Assembly: GCA_031425655.1 (NCBI GenBank)
Contig: JANPJS010000080.1
Location: 1 to 18,165, forward strand
DNA: 18,165 bases
Direction: 5' to 3'
Source of the DNA: Abditibacteriaceae bacterium
Lineage (GTDB): Bacteria > Armatimonadota > Abditibacteriia > Abditibacteriales > Abditibacteriaceae
A program made the translations under genes and the position numbers. This document shows, piece after piece, positions 1-8,900 of the stretch; position 1 is the stretch's first letter, and every line of letters starts with the position of its first letter. The notes beneath the pieces were generated by a model. The model did no database searches and was not told the origin of the DNA. It saw only the letters and a list, made by a program, of their open reading frames with translations.

Positions 1-87
1 TCTGAGCTTGCGAAGAATCTATTTTGTGATCCGCTTGGTAAGAGCAATGGGGGCGCGCAATAGATTCTTCGCAAGCTCAGAATGACA
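1..87. repeat. Palindromic REP/MITE-like element, left end probably cut by the window edge
   Basis: Perfect 23-bp inverted repeat: 1-23 TCTGAGCTTGCGAAGAATCTATT against 59-81 AATAGATTCTTCGCAAGCTCAGA. The right arm continues ATGACA, giving a ...CAGAATGACA end that I recall from dispersed TGTCATTCTGAG-type intergenic palindromes. Confidence 0.8.
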
Positions 88-155
88 GCGCTTCTGTAGT
101 CCCGTGATTCGCAGGCTAATGGATGCGCCTAACACATCCCACTGCGTAAGGTGAG

Positions 156-245
156 AAAGGATTTCGCAAAGCCCGCAAAAGAAATAAAGATGTCTAAAAA
201 GGCTTTGTGTGTCTTTGTGAAATCCTTTGTGTCCTTTGTGTTTAA
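156..245. repeat. ACACAAAG/CTTTGTGT-type palindromic repeat, copy 1 (outer left arm missing or degenerate)
   Basis: 156-171 AAAGGATTTCGCAAAG pairs with 213-228 CTTTGTGAAATCCTTT (15/16, one G.U). CTTTGTG units recur across 203-240. Segment 225-245 is the exact reverse complement of 11189-11209. Confidence 0.75.
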
Positions 246-254
246 TCGAAAGTT

Positions 255-1025
255 ATGACTTGGAATTTAGCGGAACAAACGTATAAAACGGTGCGCGCCG
301 AACACTACGAAGTCGCGGTTTTGGCGATTGGCGCGTGCGAGCCGCACAATTTTCATTTGCCTTATGGAACCGACACTTTGCAGGCCGACGGCATCGCCAA
401 TCGCGTTTGTCAAAGCGCATCGGCGCAGGGCGCAAAAGTCGTCAAGCTGCCGACGATTCCTTACGGCGTGCAAAGCAATATGCGCGCGTTGCCGCTTGCC
501 ATCAACGTTTATCCGTCCACGTTTTTCGCGCTATTGAAAGACATCGTAGATTCGCTGGAAAATTCGGGCATTCGCAAACTGCTAATTCTCAACGGGCACG
601 GCGGCAACGATTTTCTCAAGCCTTTCGTGCGCGAAATGATGGGCAAAAGCGCGGTTTTTATTGCGGTAAGCGATTGGTGGAAAGTCGGCGCCGACGTTTA
701 CGACGAAGTGTTCGATGTCCGCGACGACCACGCCGGCGAAATGGAAACGAGTGTGATTTTGGCGCTGCGGCCCGATTTGGTAGATTTGGAAAACGCCTCC
801 GACGGCGCGACAATTCCAACGCGCTTCCCCGCGATCAATAAAGGCTACGTCAGCATTTCGCGCGAATGGCATTTGCTGACCGAAAGCACCGGCACCGCCG
901 ATCCGCGCGCGGCGACAGCGGAAAAAGGCGAAGCGTATCTGCAAATTGTCGTTGAACGTCTGGCGCGCTTCGTGACGGAATTATCGGCGGCGAAAATGGA
1001 TGGCAGCTTTCCCTTTACGTTTTAA
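255..1025 (+). CDS. Creatininase / creatinine amidohydrolase family protein (256 aa)
   Basis: Family motifs are present in order: GACEPHNFHLPYGTD (ExHxxHLPxGTD), NGHGGN, DHAGEMETS and the C-terminal ADPRAATAEKGE. The true substrate cannot be inferred from sequence. Confidence 0.93.
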   Translation: MTWNLAEQTYKTVRAEHYEVAVLAIGACEPHNFHLPYGTDTLQADGIANRVCQSASAQGAKVVKLPTIPYGVQSNMRALPLAINVYPSTFFALLKDIVDSLENSGIRKLLILNGHGGNDFLKPFVREMMGKSAVFIAVSDWWKVGADVYDEVFDVRDDHAGEMETSVILALRPDLVDLENASDGATIPTRFPAINKGYVSISREWHLLTESTGTADPRAATAEKGEAYLQIVVERLARFVTELSAAKMDGSFPFTF

Positions 1026-1133
1026 TTCTTGCTTTGTTAATCCATAACTTGGAAATTCTGTGAGTTTTGAGTGTCGGAGACGTTTTAAGGCCGCGCTTTA
1101 TCTTGACTTTAATAACATGATGCCACTACGACC

Positions 1134-1142
1134 TGTTATAAT
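1134..1142 (+). promoter_or_regulatory. Putative extended -10 sigma70 promoter (TGnTATAAT) for the defence-like operon
   Basis: TGTTATAAT at 1134-1142 is a perfect extended -10 element. It lies in an AT-rich spacer 27 nt upstream of the ATG at 1170. There is no -35 at canonical spacing (TTGACT at 1103-1108 is 28 nt away). Confidence 0.6.
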
Positions 1143-1169
1143 TTGGAAAATTCTTCGTTTTGGTGCTTC

Positions 1170-4100
1170 ATGGAAATCGCGGAATCGCTGGAAGAACCTC
1201 TCTTGCCGCAGCAGGACGCGCCATCGCCGCATGACCGGCGTTTGGGCGAGTGGCTGGGCCATTTAGACGATGAGATTTTCGCGTTGCGCGAAGCCGCTCA
1301 GCACATCGCTGCGCTCTTGAATGCCTCCGGCTCGCTCGATGCCGAATCGCTATCGCACGCTCAGAACGCTTTATCGGTGAAACTCGGCGCTGTCGCTCAC
1401 AGCGCGCGATGCGGCGAGCAATTGGCCGCAACCGCCTTGCAAAACAACGGTTTGCCGCCGCTGATTGACGAAAAATTGCGAATCGAGGCGCGACATTTGG
1501 GCGCGCAGCCGTTTTTAGCAAAAGCCTCGACACGCGATCCGCGACTGGCGCCGCTTTTCGCGCCCTTTGGCGAAATCAGCGATGCCGCCGTGCTGTTTCA
1601 ACAGCTCGGCGAGTGCATTGATGATCCGGCGCGCGAAGACTGGCCTCCGCATCTGCGCGCACTACGCCGCCAAATCGAAATTCTCGCTTCGCGCTCTCTT
1701 GAAGACGAATTGGCGGCGCTGATTTTTCCGATATGGGGCCGGCATCCAACCATCGGCGACACCGGGCGCGCGATGGTGGCTCGCTATTTAGGCTGGGATG
1801 GACTGGGCGGCGCGACCTTGGAAAAAGCCGGCGACTTAGGCGGTGTCAGCCGCGCGCGCGTTTCTCAACTCACAGTGTCGCTCGAAGAAGAATGGCAAGA
1901 TTGCACGCTTTATGCGCCGGCTTTGGATCGCGCGCTGCGTTATGTCCGCGAAGTTTTACCAGCGCCCGCCGCAGAAGTGGAAAACCAATTGGCGCTGCAC
2001 GGTGTTGCGCTGCGGCCTTTTCGAGTCGAAGGACTGCTGCAAGCCGCACGAGTTTTGAAGCGCGATTGCCCGTGGCGAATCATTAAGTTGCCGCTCGGCG
2101 ATGCAGAAAACCAGACGGCGCGCTGGGTTTGCGCCGCGCAGCACGCCGAAATGCTGCCGAATTTTTTGAATAATGCGCGCCGTCTGGCCCGCAAAAACGG
2201 CTGCGTGCGATTGGCCGAACTCCATGACGAAGCGGACGCTGCATCCGGCGAAGTTACGTCCGGCGAAGCCGTTACGCGCGCCGTAAATGCGGCCTTGCTG
2301 CGCGTTTTAGTGGCGATGCCGGGCTTTGTCTGGCTCGATGCGCGCGAAAGCTGTTTTTGGTTTGGCCCCACCGCCGATAATCGTCTGGTGCGCGCCGCGC
2401 AAAAACTGCTGGCCGTCGCGGGGCAATTGGAAACGCGCCGCCTGCACGAATTGCTGCTGCGCGCCGCGCAAAACGATGCGCGCGAAGTGGCGCCGCCCCA
2501 CCTTGAGATTTTTGAACGCATCTCCGCCGTTTTGCCGGGCGCCCGCTTGGAAAACGGCGTGTTACACGCGACGGATTTGCCGCCGCTTGGCGAACTGTGC
2601 GGCAGCTTCGAGCAAACCCTGATTGCGATTTTGCGTGAACACGGCCCGGTTTTATCGCGCCAGCGATTGCAGCAGTTCAGCGCGGCGCGCGGCCTCAATC
2701 TCAGCACGCTCGATGTGCAAATTGCCACTTCGATTTTAGTTGAGCGCCCGGCGCGCGGCTGGGTGGCTCTGCTCGGCACGGACGTAGATTTAAGCGCGCT
2801 CGATGGTGCGAATCAGGAGAGCGCCGCTGCCGCGCGCGAACGCTGGGCCGAAAATGCGCAAAGTGTCTGGCAAAACGGCGGGCAAACCGAGGAGCCGGGC
2901 CAAAACGCACCACCGGCAACGGGCGATGATTTGTTTGCGGGAATAGACGCGCAGAGCGGCGAGGCTCTTGAAAAAGCGGTGGCGGCGCTTTTAGCGCGAG
3001 CGCGGCACCATGATTTGCTGCCGAAAGACGGCGGCAATGCCCTGTCTAAAGCGCGTTGGTCGCTGGCTGAAGTGCAGGCATCGCCCGCCGATTACCTGTG
3101 GTTGCAGGAATGGATGCGCCATGCGCGCCCACAGCAGGTGCGGCATTGGCTGCGCGGCGACAATTTGCAGCGTCAGGCGGCCATTGGCCTTGTGCTTTTG
3201 CTGTTTTGCTGCGAAACCGCGCGCCGCGAAGCGCGCGGCGATGCGCTGTGGCCGGTTTTGGCGCGCTGGCCGATGCGCGCCGATACGCGCGCGGTTTTGT
3301 GGGCCAACAATCAGCCGTCGCGCGTGTTCAAAGACGCGCTCGAAGCCGCCGCGCAAACCTTTCATTTGCGCCACGTTTTCGGCGTGACCGGCTTGCAAAA
3401 CTGGTTCGACAGCATTCGTTTGCAGTTCGGATTTTCGCTGCCCGGACTGCGCGCTCGTCTGGGCGACTGGCTGGCCGGTGCCGGCTGGCCGCACGCCGTG
3501 GAAACTCTGCTCGAAGGCCCGCAGAAAAGCGCGAGCTTCGTCGAAATGTGGGAGAATCTGCGGCTTTTTCGGCGCAATCATATCAGCGAAGAGCGTTTGC
3601 GCGCCGCGCTGCGCGACAATCCGTGGGTGCTCTGCGAATGGCACGACGAATTGCTGGAATCGCTGCGCGTTTTGCGCGATACCGAGCGCGCCGCCAGCGC
3701 GCCGCTTGCGGGCGACAAACTGCCGTCGCGTGCCGAAAGCGAAGCGCCCGCTTCGTTTGTCAAAGGCCCGTTTCTTGAATGGGACAGCGCCCTGCCGCAC
3801 TGGCGTTTTGAAATCGCCGCGCTGGATGATTTCGACTTGCCCGGCGCGCATTATCAAATCGTGGAGCGCGGCCAGATCGTCGCCGATTTGTGGCGGCGTG
3901 CCGATGGCGGCTTTGACGGGCCAGAGCAGTTTTATTTGCCTCTGGCGCCGCAAAATCAACTGCTTTTGCGCGATGCCGCCGACAACACGGTCGCGCACAG
4001 TGTTTTGCTCGAAGGCTGGCAAAGCGACGAAGACGTAGCGGCCTTTTCGCTGCCCGATGGCCGCGCGTTTGAAGCGTGGCGCCGCCCCTTGGAAACGCGG

Positions 4101-5873
4101 CGCGACTTTGCTTTGCTGACCGCCGCCGATTTGCGCGTGGAGCCGGCGCCTGATGATTCGCTGCCGCTGCCGGGTGGACGCTTAGTTTTGCACCGCTTAC
4201 CGGCAGGACGCGATGCAACGCCGCGCGTCTGGCTCGAAGACGAGGTTTTGTGGCCGCCCGCCGATGGAAATCAGGCTGCGCGTGCCCAAACGCCGAGTGC
4301 CGGCGTTTTCGCTTTTTTCGAGCCGGGGGCCGCGATTCGGCCCGGCCAGAGCGCGCCGCTTTTGTTGCGCCACAACGCCGCCACGCGCGTGCTTTATCTG
4401 CGACAGGACGGCGGCCCGGTGGATTTTGAAAACGGCGAAACTTTGACGCACGCCCGCCCCAATATCCCAGAAAGCGGGCCGCATCCATGGAAAATCGTGC
4501 TGCGCGCCGGATTGGTCGTGACGCAGGCCGATGACAGCCAGACGCGGCGCACTGTTCGCCTCGAAATCGCCTTGCCGCAGGGCGGCGCCTTTCATTTCAG
4601 CGGCGGCGTATGGAAGCCGCTGAGCAACGGGATTTTGCAAACCCGCACGGCGAGCGCCGTCCGGTTTTTGATTCATCCGCCCGCCACCGATGCGCCCGAA
4701 TCGTGGCGCGATTGGGCTTTGATGGAAGGCGATAGTTTTGTGCGCCGCTTGTCGCCCGTAGCCGCGCCGCTGAAGGATTTGAGCGGTTGGGGCGAGCCTC
4801 TTACGCTGCGGCGCGGGCCGTATAATGCTCTCGAAGCCGACCTGCCAATTTCCTCTGCCGTAATTGATCAGGGCTTGCTGAAAAAAGCCTCGTTTGAGAG
4901 CGAAGGCGATGCGAGGCGCATCGAAATTTATCTGGCGCACCCGATTGAGCCGGATGCCGCTCATCGTTTGCTGTGGTGGGACGGCGAAACCGTGCAGGCT
5001 TTGCCGGTCGAGGCCGACGCCGAAGATAAGGCTCTGTGGCGTGCGCCGTTTCCGCAGAACACGACGCGCCTGCTGGCATTGGCCTTGTCTTATGAGGGCG
5101 CGCGGTTGGGCGCGCTGTGGAACGATAAATGGAGCCGCGTTCTGCTTGCCGGCAAGCAGAACGCGGCGCAGGCGCGCGAAACGGCGGCGCTCTTGCGCTG
5201 GTTCAAACTGCCGTTGCTGGACGCGGCGCATTTGCCATCCGTGCGCGATTGGGCCGCGCGTTTTCCCGGCGCGTTTTTGGAAGTCTGGCTGCGTGAGGCC
5301 GCGCCGATTTCTCTGAAAAATCTGCCGTTCTGCCTTGTGCCGGGCGAGGAAAACGATATGGCGCGGGTGATTGCCGCTGTTTTCGCCGAATGGAAGCCAA
5401 ACCCCGCCGAAGCCGCTGCGGTTGCCGCGCTTTTGGCGCCCGATGCGCCTTCTCCTGCCGAGGCGTTGGGGCAATCGCTGGCCGATTTGCGCCGCGCTGC
5501 GCCAGCTTTGATGGCATCCGTAGCTGCCGCGTGGCTCCAAGAGCCGCCCGAAGCTCTGAGTTTTTCGCAGCGTTGCGCGTTGCTGGATGAATGGAAAAAT
5601 GCTCTGGGCGCGGCGCCGGGCGATGAAAATTCGCAATTGGCCGAATGCGCCCTTGCCATGCGCTGCGATGAGTTTTTTGTGCGCGGCGTGCTCGATAACG
5701 CGGTCAGGGTCTGGCAGGGCCAGCCGCACGCGACGGCGTGTGGCGCGCGGAATTTGGCTTTGGCGGTTTCGCTTCAGCCGTTTCGTTTGCTGTTGGCGCG
5801 GCGCTTGTTGCGGGAAATCGCCCTCCAATTGGACGCCGCACAGCGCAAAGCCGAGCGCGCCGCGTGGCGTTGA
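1170..5873 (+). CDS. Large protein (1567 aa): N-terminal sigma70-region-4-like HTH and winged-helix-like region fused to a DruH/STY4851-like region; probable defence-helicase partner
   Basis: One long ORF. ATG 1170 is preferred over TTG 1143, which directly abuts the -10 element. HTH motif RAMVARYLGWDGLGGATLEKAGDLGGVSRARVSQL at 1767-1871. Polar linker at about 2790-2980. Then WSLAEVQASPADYLWL...LLLFCCETARRE...LWPVL...HLRHVFG...NWFDSIRLQFGF (3057-3440), which resembles my recollection of the DruH/STY4851 N-terminal domain. The ORF ends 37 nt before the DUF1998 helicase gene. The CDS is secure; the DruH assignment is inference. Confidence 0.75.
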   Translation: MEIAESLEEPLLPQQDAPSPHDRRLGEWLGHLDDEIFALREAAQHIAALLNASGSLDAESLSHAQNALSVKLGAVAHSARCGEQLAATALQNNGLPPLIDEKLRIEARHLGAQPFLAKASTRDPRLAPLFAPFGEISDAAVLFQQLGECIDDPAREDWPPHLRALRRQIEILASRSLEDELAALIFPIWGRHPTIGDTGRAMVARYLGWDGLGGATLEKAGDLGGVSRARVSQLTVSLEEEWQDCTLYAPALDRALRYVREVLPAPAAEVENQLALHGVALRPFRVEGLLQAARVLKRDCPWRIIKLPLGDAENQTARWVCAAQHAEMLPNFLNNARRLARKNGCVRLAELHDEADAASGEVTSGEAVTRAVNAALLRVLVAMPGFVWLDARESCFWFGPTADNRLVRAAQKLLAVAGQLETRRLHELLLRAAQNDAREVAPPHLEIFERISAVLPGARLENGVLHATDLPPLGELCGSFEQTLIAILREHGPVLSRQRLQQFSAARGLNLSTLDVQIATSILVERPARGWVALLGTDVDLSALDGANQESAAAARERWAENAQSVWQNGGQTEEPGQNAPPATGDDLFAGIDAQSGEALEKAVAALLARARHHDLLPKDGGNALSKARWSLAEVQASPADYLWLQEWMRHARPQQVRHWLRGDNLQRQAAIGLVLLLFCCETARREARGDALWPVLARWPMRADTRAVLWANNQPSRVFKDALEAAAQTFHLRHVFGVTGLQNWFDSIRLQFGFSLPGLRARLGDWLAGAGWPHAVETLLEGPQKSASFVEMWENLRLFRRNHISEERLRAALRDNPWVLCEWHDELLESLRVLRDTERAASAPLAGDKLPSRAESEAPASFVKGPFLEWDSALPHWRFEIAALDDFDLPGAHYQIVERGQIVADLWRRADGGFDGPEQFYLPLAPQNQLLLRDAADNTVAHSVLLEGWQSDEDVAAFSLPDGRAFEAWRRPLETRRDFALLTAADLRVEPAPDDSLPLPGGRLVLHRLPAGRDATPRVWLEDEVLWPPADGNQAARAQTPSAGVFAFFEPGAAIRPGQSAPLLLRHNAATRVLYLRQDGGPVDFENGETLTHARPNIPESGPHPWKIVLRAGLVVTQADDSQTRRTVRLEIALPQGGAFHFSGGVWKPLSNGILQTRTASAVRFLIHPPATDAPESWRDWALMEGDSFVRRLSPVAAPLKDLSGWGEPLTLRRGPYNALEADLPISSAVIDQGLLKKASFESEGDARRIEIYLAHPIEPDAAHRLLWWDGETVQALPVEADAEDKALWRAPFPQNTTRLLALALSYEGARLGALWNDKWSRVLLAGKQNAAQARETAALLRWFKLPLLDAAHLPSVRDWAARFPGAFLEVWLREAAPISLKNLPFCLVPGEENDMARVIAAVFAEWKPNPAEAAAVAALLAPDAPSPAEALGQSLADLRRAAPALMASVAAAWLQEPPEALSFSQRCALLDEWKNALGAAPGDENSQLAECALAMRCDEFFVRGVLDNAVRVWQGQPHATACGARNLALAVSLQPFRLLLARRLLREIALQLDAAQRKAERAAWR

Positions 5874-5910
5874 AACGCCGTGCAGTTTGCTTCTTAAAAC
5901 AGGAAATTTC

Positions 5911-8900
5911 ATGTCCCAACTCGATGCGATAGCGTTGTCCGCCGCTGTTCAGAGGCGCCTGGTGGATTTTGCCGGCGAAGCGCACTACACGCGCAACACG
6001 CACTTAGCCGCGATTTGTCGCCGTTTGTGGAGCGGCGCGCCCGCCGAAGGCGGATTAGTCAGCGATTTGTGGGTTGAAGGCGCGTTTCCGGCGCAAAGCG
6101 GCGACGAAACGCTGCAAACGCTGGCCGCGCGCGGGCTTTTCGACGCTTCGCTGGCCGCGCATTTAGATGCGCGCGGCGCGGTTCCCAAGGGACGTGCGCT
6201 CTACACGCATCAAAGCGCCGCGATTATTCAGGCGCGCCACACGCCAAACCATCACAAGCCGGCCTTAGTCGTAACGGCGGGAACCGGCGCCGGCAAAACC
6301 GAAAGTTTTCTGCTGCCGGTTTTGGATGCGCTGTGGAGCGAGCCGCCCAGCGAAAAAGCAGGCGTGCGCTGCCTGATTTTGTATCCGATGAACGCCTTAG
6401 TCAACGATCAGGTTGACCGGCTTTACGGTTGGATGCGCGGCCAGAATCGGCTGAGTTTGTTTCATTTCACCAGCGAAACGCCCGAAGACAAACGCGCCGC
6501 TGACCGCGACGGCGTGCCGGAATGGGACGCCTGCCGCTTCCGCACCCGCAAAGAGGCCCGCGCCGGTGTGCCGGATATTCTTATCACCAACTATTCGATG
6601 CTCGAATATATGCTGTGCCGTCCGCAGGACACGCCGTTTTTCGGGCCAAACCTCAGCGCCGTAGTGTTGGACGAAGCGCATCTTTACACCGGGACTTTGG
6701 CGGCGGAAATGACGCTGCTTTTGCGGCGTTTATTGCGGCGCTGCGGCAAGGAAGCGCACGAAATCCTGACCCTTGCGACTTCGGCGACCATCGGCAGCGG
6801 CGCGCCCGGCGAACTCGAAAATTTCGCGGCCACGCTGTTTTCGCGGCGTGCCTCACAGGTGCAGGTGATTCGCGGCGAACGGGCGCGCCCGCTTCTCGAA
6901 AGCGCGCAGGCGCCGTCGCAAACGCCGGTTGCGGCCAACCTTGCCGCTCTGCAATGGCTTCAGGCGCCGACGCTGCAAATTGCCGCCGACGGCGCCACGC
7001 ATTTGGCCGAAAATCGCGCCGAATGCGCGCGATTGGCGCATCAACTGCCGCTTTTAGTGGCGCCCAGCGTCGTCGAAGCGGCTTTGGCGGCTTGCGAAAA
7101 TCGCCCGGCTGTTTTGCTGCAAAAAACGCTGTGCGCCGCGCCGCTCACGCACGCTCTGGAAAACGCTTTGTGGAACGAGCCGCGCCGCGCTTTGGGTGAT
7201 TTAGCGCGCGAGATTTGGCCGGAGCAAGCGGAAAACGAAGGCCAAAGCGCGATTCGCGCGACTCTTGCGCTGTTGCAAATGGGCGCGGCGGCACGCGGCG
7301 CGGCGGGCGATTATCCGCTGCTGCCGCATCGCATTCATTTGCTGGCCCGCGCGCCCGAAGGCCTGACTTTGTGCCTGAACGCCGATTGCACGGCGCCCGC
7401 CGACTTGAAAATGCCGAGTTTTGGCGCTGTCGCGGCGGGCGGCGGTGGGCGTTGCGCCGTTTGCGCGCACGCCACGCTGTCGCTGTTTCACTGCGCCAAT
7501 TGCGGCGAATGGGCGCTTGGCGCCAACGACGACGGTCTACGCCTGATTCCGGCCTATCGAGAGCAAGGCGGCGAAGGCGAAACGTTGTTTTTGCAGGCGC
7601 CCGGCGCGTCGTCGCTGGCGCCGCTGGTTGTGGATGCGCGCGATGCGCGGCGTTTGGCATGGGGCACGCCGGGGCTTGTGTTCGAACGCATCAGCGATTG
7701 TCCGTGTTGCGGCGCGGGCCGGGACAGTTGGCAGCCGTTCGCATCGGGCGCGGCGTTGCCGATGTCCATCGTGGCCGAAACCGCGCTCGCCGAACTGCCG
7801 CCGTATCCCGCCGCGCATCACGCGCATTTGCCGGCGCAGGGTCGGCGCCTTTTGGCTTTCAGCGACAGCCGAGGCGAAGCGGCGCGTTTGGGGCCGCGCC
7901 TGACGCGACAGCACGAAACACAGTTGGGCCGCGCCGCGACTCTGCGCTGTCTGGAAAATTCGCCGGCTTCGGATGAGGAAACTCTGGAATTCTGGCGTGG
8001 CGAAGTGCGAACGCTGGAAGCGCGCCTGAGCCATGCGCCGCCGTCGCCGGCTTTGCGCCAGACCTTGCAAAACCAACTCGACGAGGCGCGTTTGCAACTG
8101 CAAGCGCAGCACGGCGGCGGCTCGATGCGCGATTGGGCGAGGCTTCTCGAAAGCGAACCGCTGTTGCATCAGTTTTTCGATTTCGACGGGGCCGGCGAGC
8201 ATCAAGCCGCGACGTGGACGCCGCAAAAATGGGAGGAAAATTTCGCGCGCGTCAGCCGTCACGCTTTGCTGCTTTTGGCCGGGGAACTGAGTGTTGGCAC
8301 GCGGCGGCGGATGTCGCTGGAAAGCCTCGGTCTGGCCGAAGTGACTTATCCCGGATTGGAAAACGCCGTCGCACCCGCCGCGCTTTTGGGCACGCTGCCC
8401 GATGCTGCTTTGCGCGACGGATTGAGCGCAGTTTGGCCGGACTTCTTGGCCGCGCTTTGCGATACGCTGCGCTTGGACGGCGTGTGGACTTTGGGCAGCG
8501 CCGAAGAAGACATGGCATATCCGGCGGGGCGGCAGCTTTTGGGTTATTGGGTGGTGAAAAATCAGCCGCCCGCCCCTTATTTCGCGCGTTTTACCGGCGA
8601 TTCGCTGCGCCAAAGGCGCCGCCGCTTTGCTTTCAACGTGCTGCAAAATGTGGCGCCTTGCGACAACGCCGAGGCACTCTCGGAAATCGTTTTAAACGCC
8701 GCCTTCGATCAACTTTTGAGCAGCGCCGAAACACAGTGGCCGTGGCTGGAAGGCGGCGAACGCTCTGCGGCTTTGAAGAGCACGCCCGGCCTGCGCCTGC
8801 GTTTTCCCGACCTCGGTTTGCGCCGTCCGCAGCGGCTTTTTCGCTGTCCGACGACCGGCCATGTCTGGCCGCGCAGCGTGGCCGGCTGCGCGCCCGAAGC

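Noticed and set aside
203..245. CTTTGTG(T) short repeats as a CRISPR array or iterons
   Set aside because: The units are 7-9 bp with no unique spacers, and no cas or rep gene is present. They are arms of a palindromic element.
1103..1108. TTGACT as the -35 of the TATAAT at 1137
   Set aside because: The 28-nt spacing is incompatible with a sigma70 promoter, and the extended -10 is sufficient alone.
1170..5873. Annotation as an RNA polymerase sigma factor
   Set aside because: Only a region-4-like HTH is present. There is no region 2, and the protein is far too large.
5587..5910. 108-codon N-terminal extension of the helicase ORF in the ORF track
   Set aside because: It overlaps the upstream gene by about 290 nt in another frame and has Arg/Cys-rich off-frame composition. 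ATG 5911 has an SD-like AGGA and follows the upstream stop.
4197..5912. 571-aa minus-strand ORF, and other long antisense ORFs (2991-4022, 7537-8646, 9226-10170)
   Set aside because: They are entirely antisense to well-supported genes and show no motifs. Shadow ORFs like these are expected in GC-rich coding DNA.
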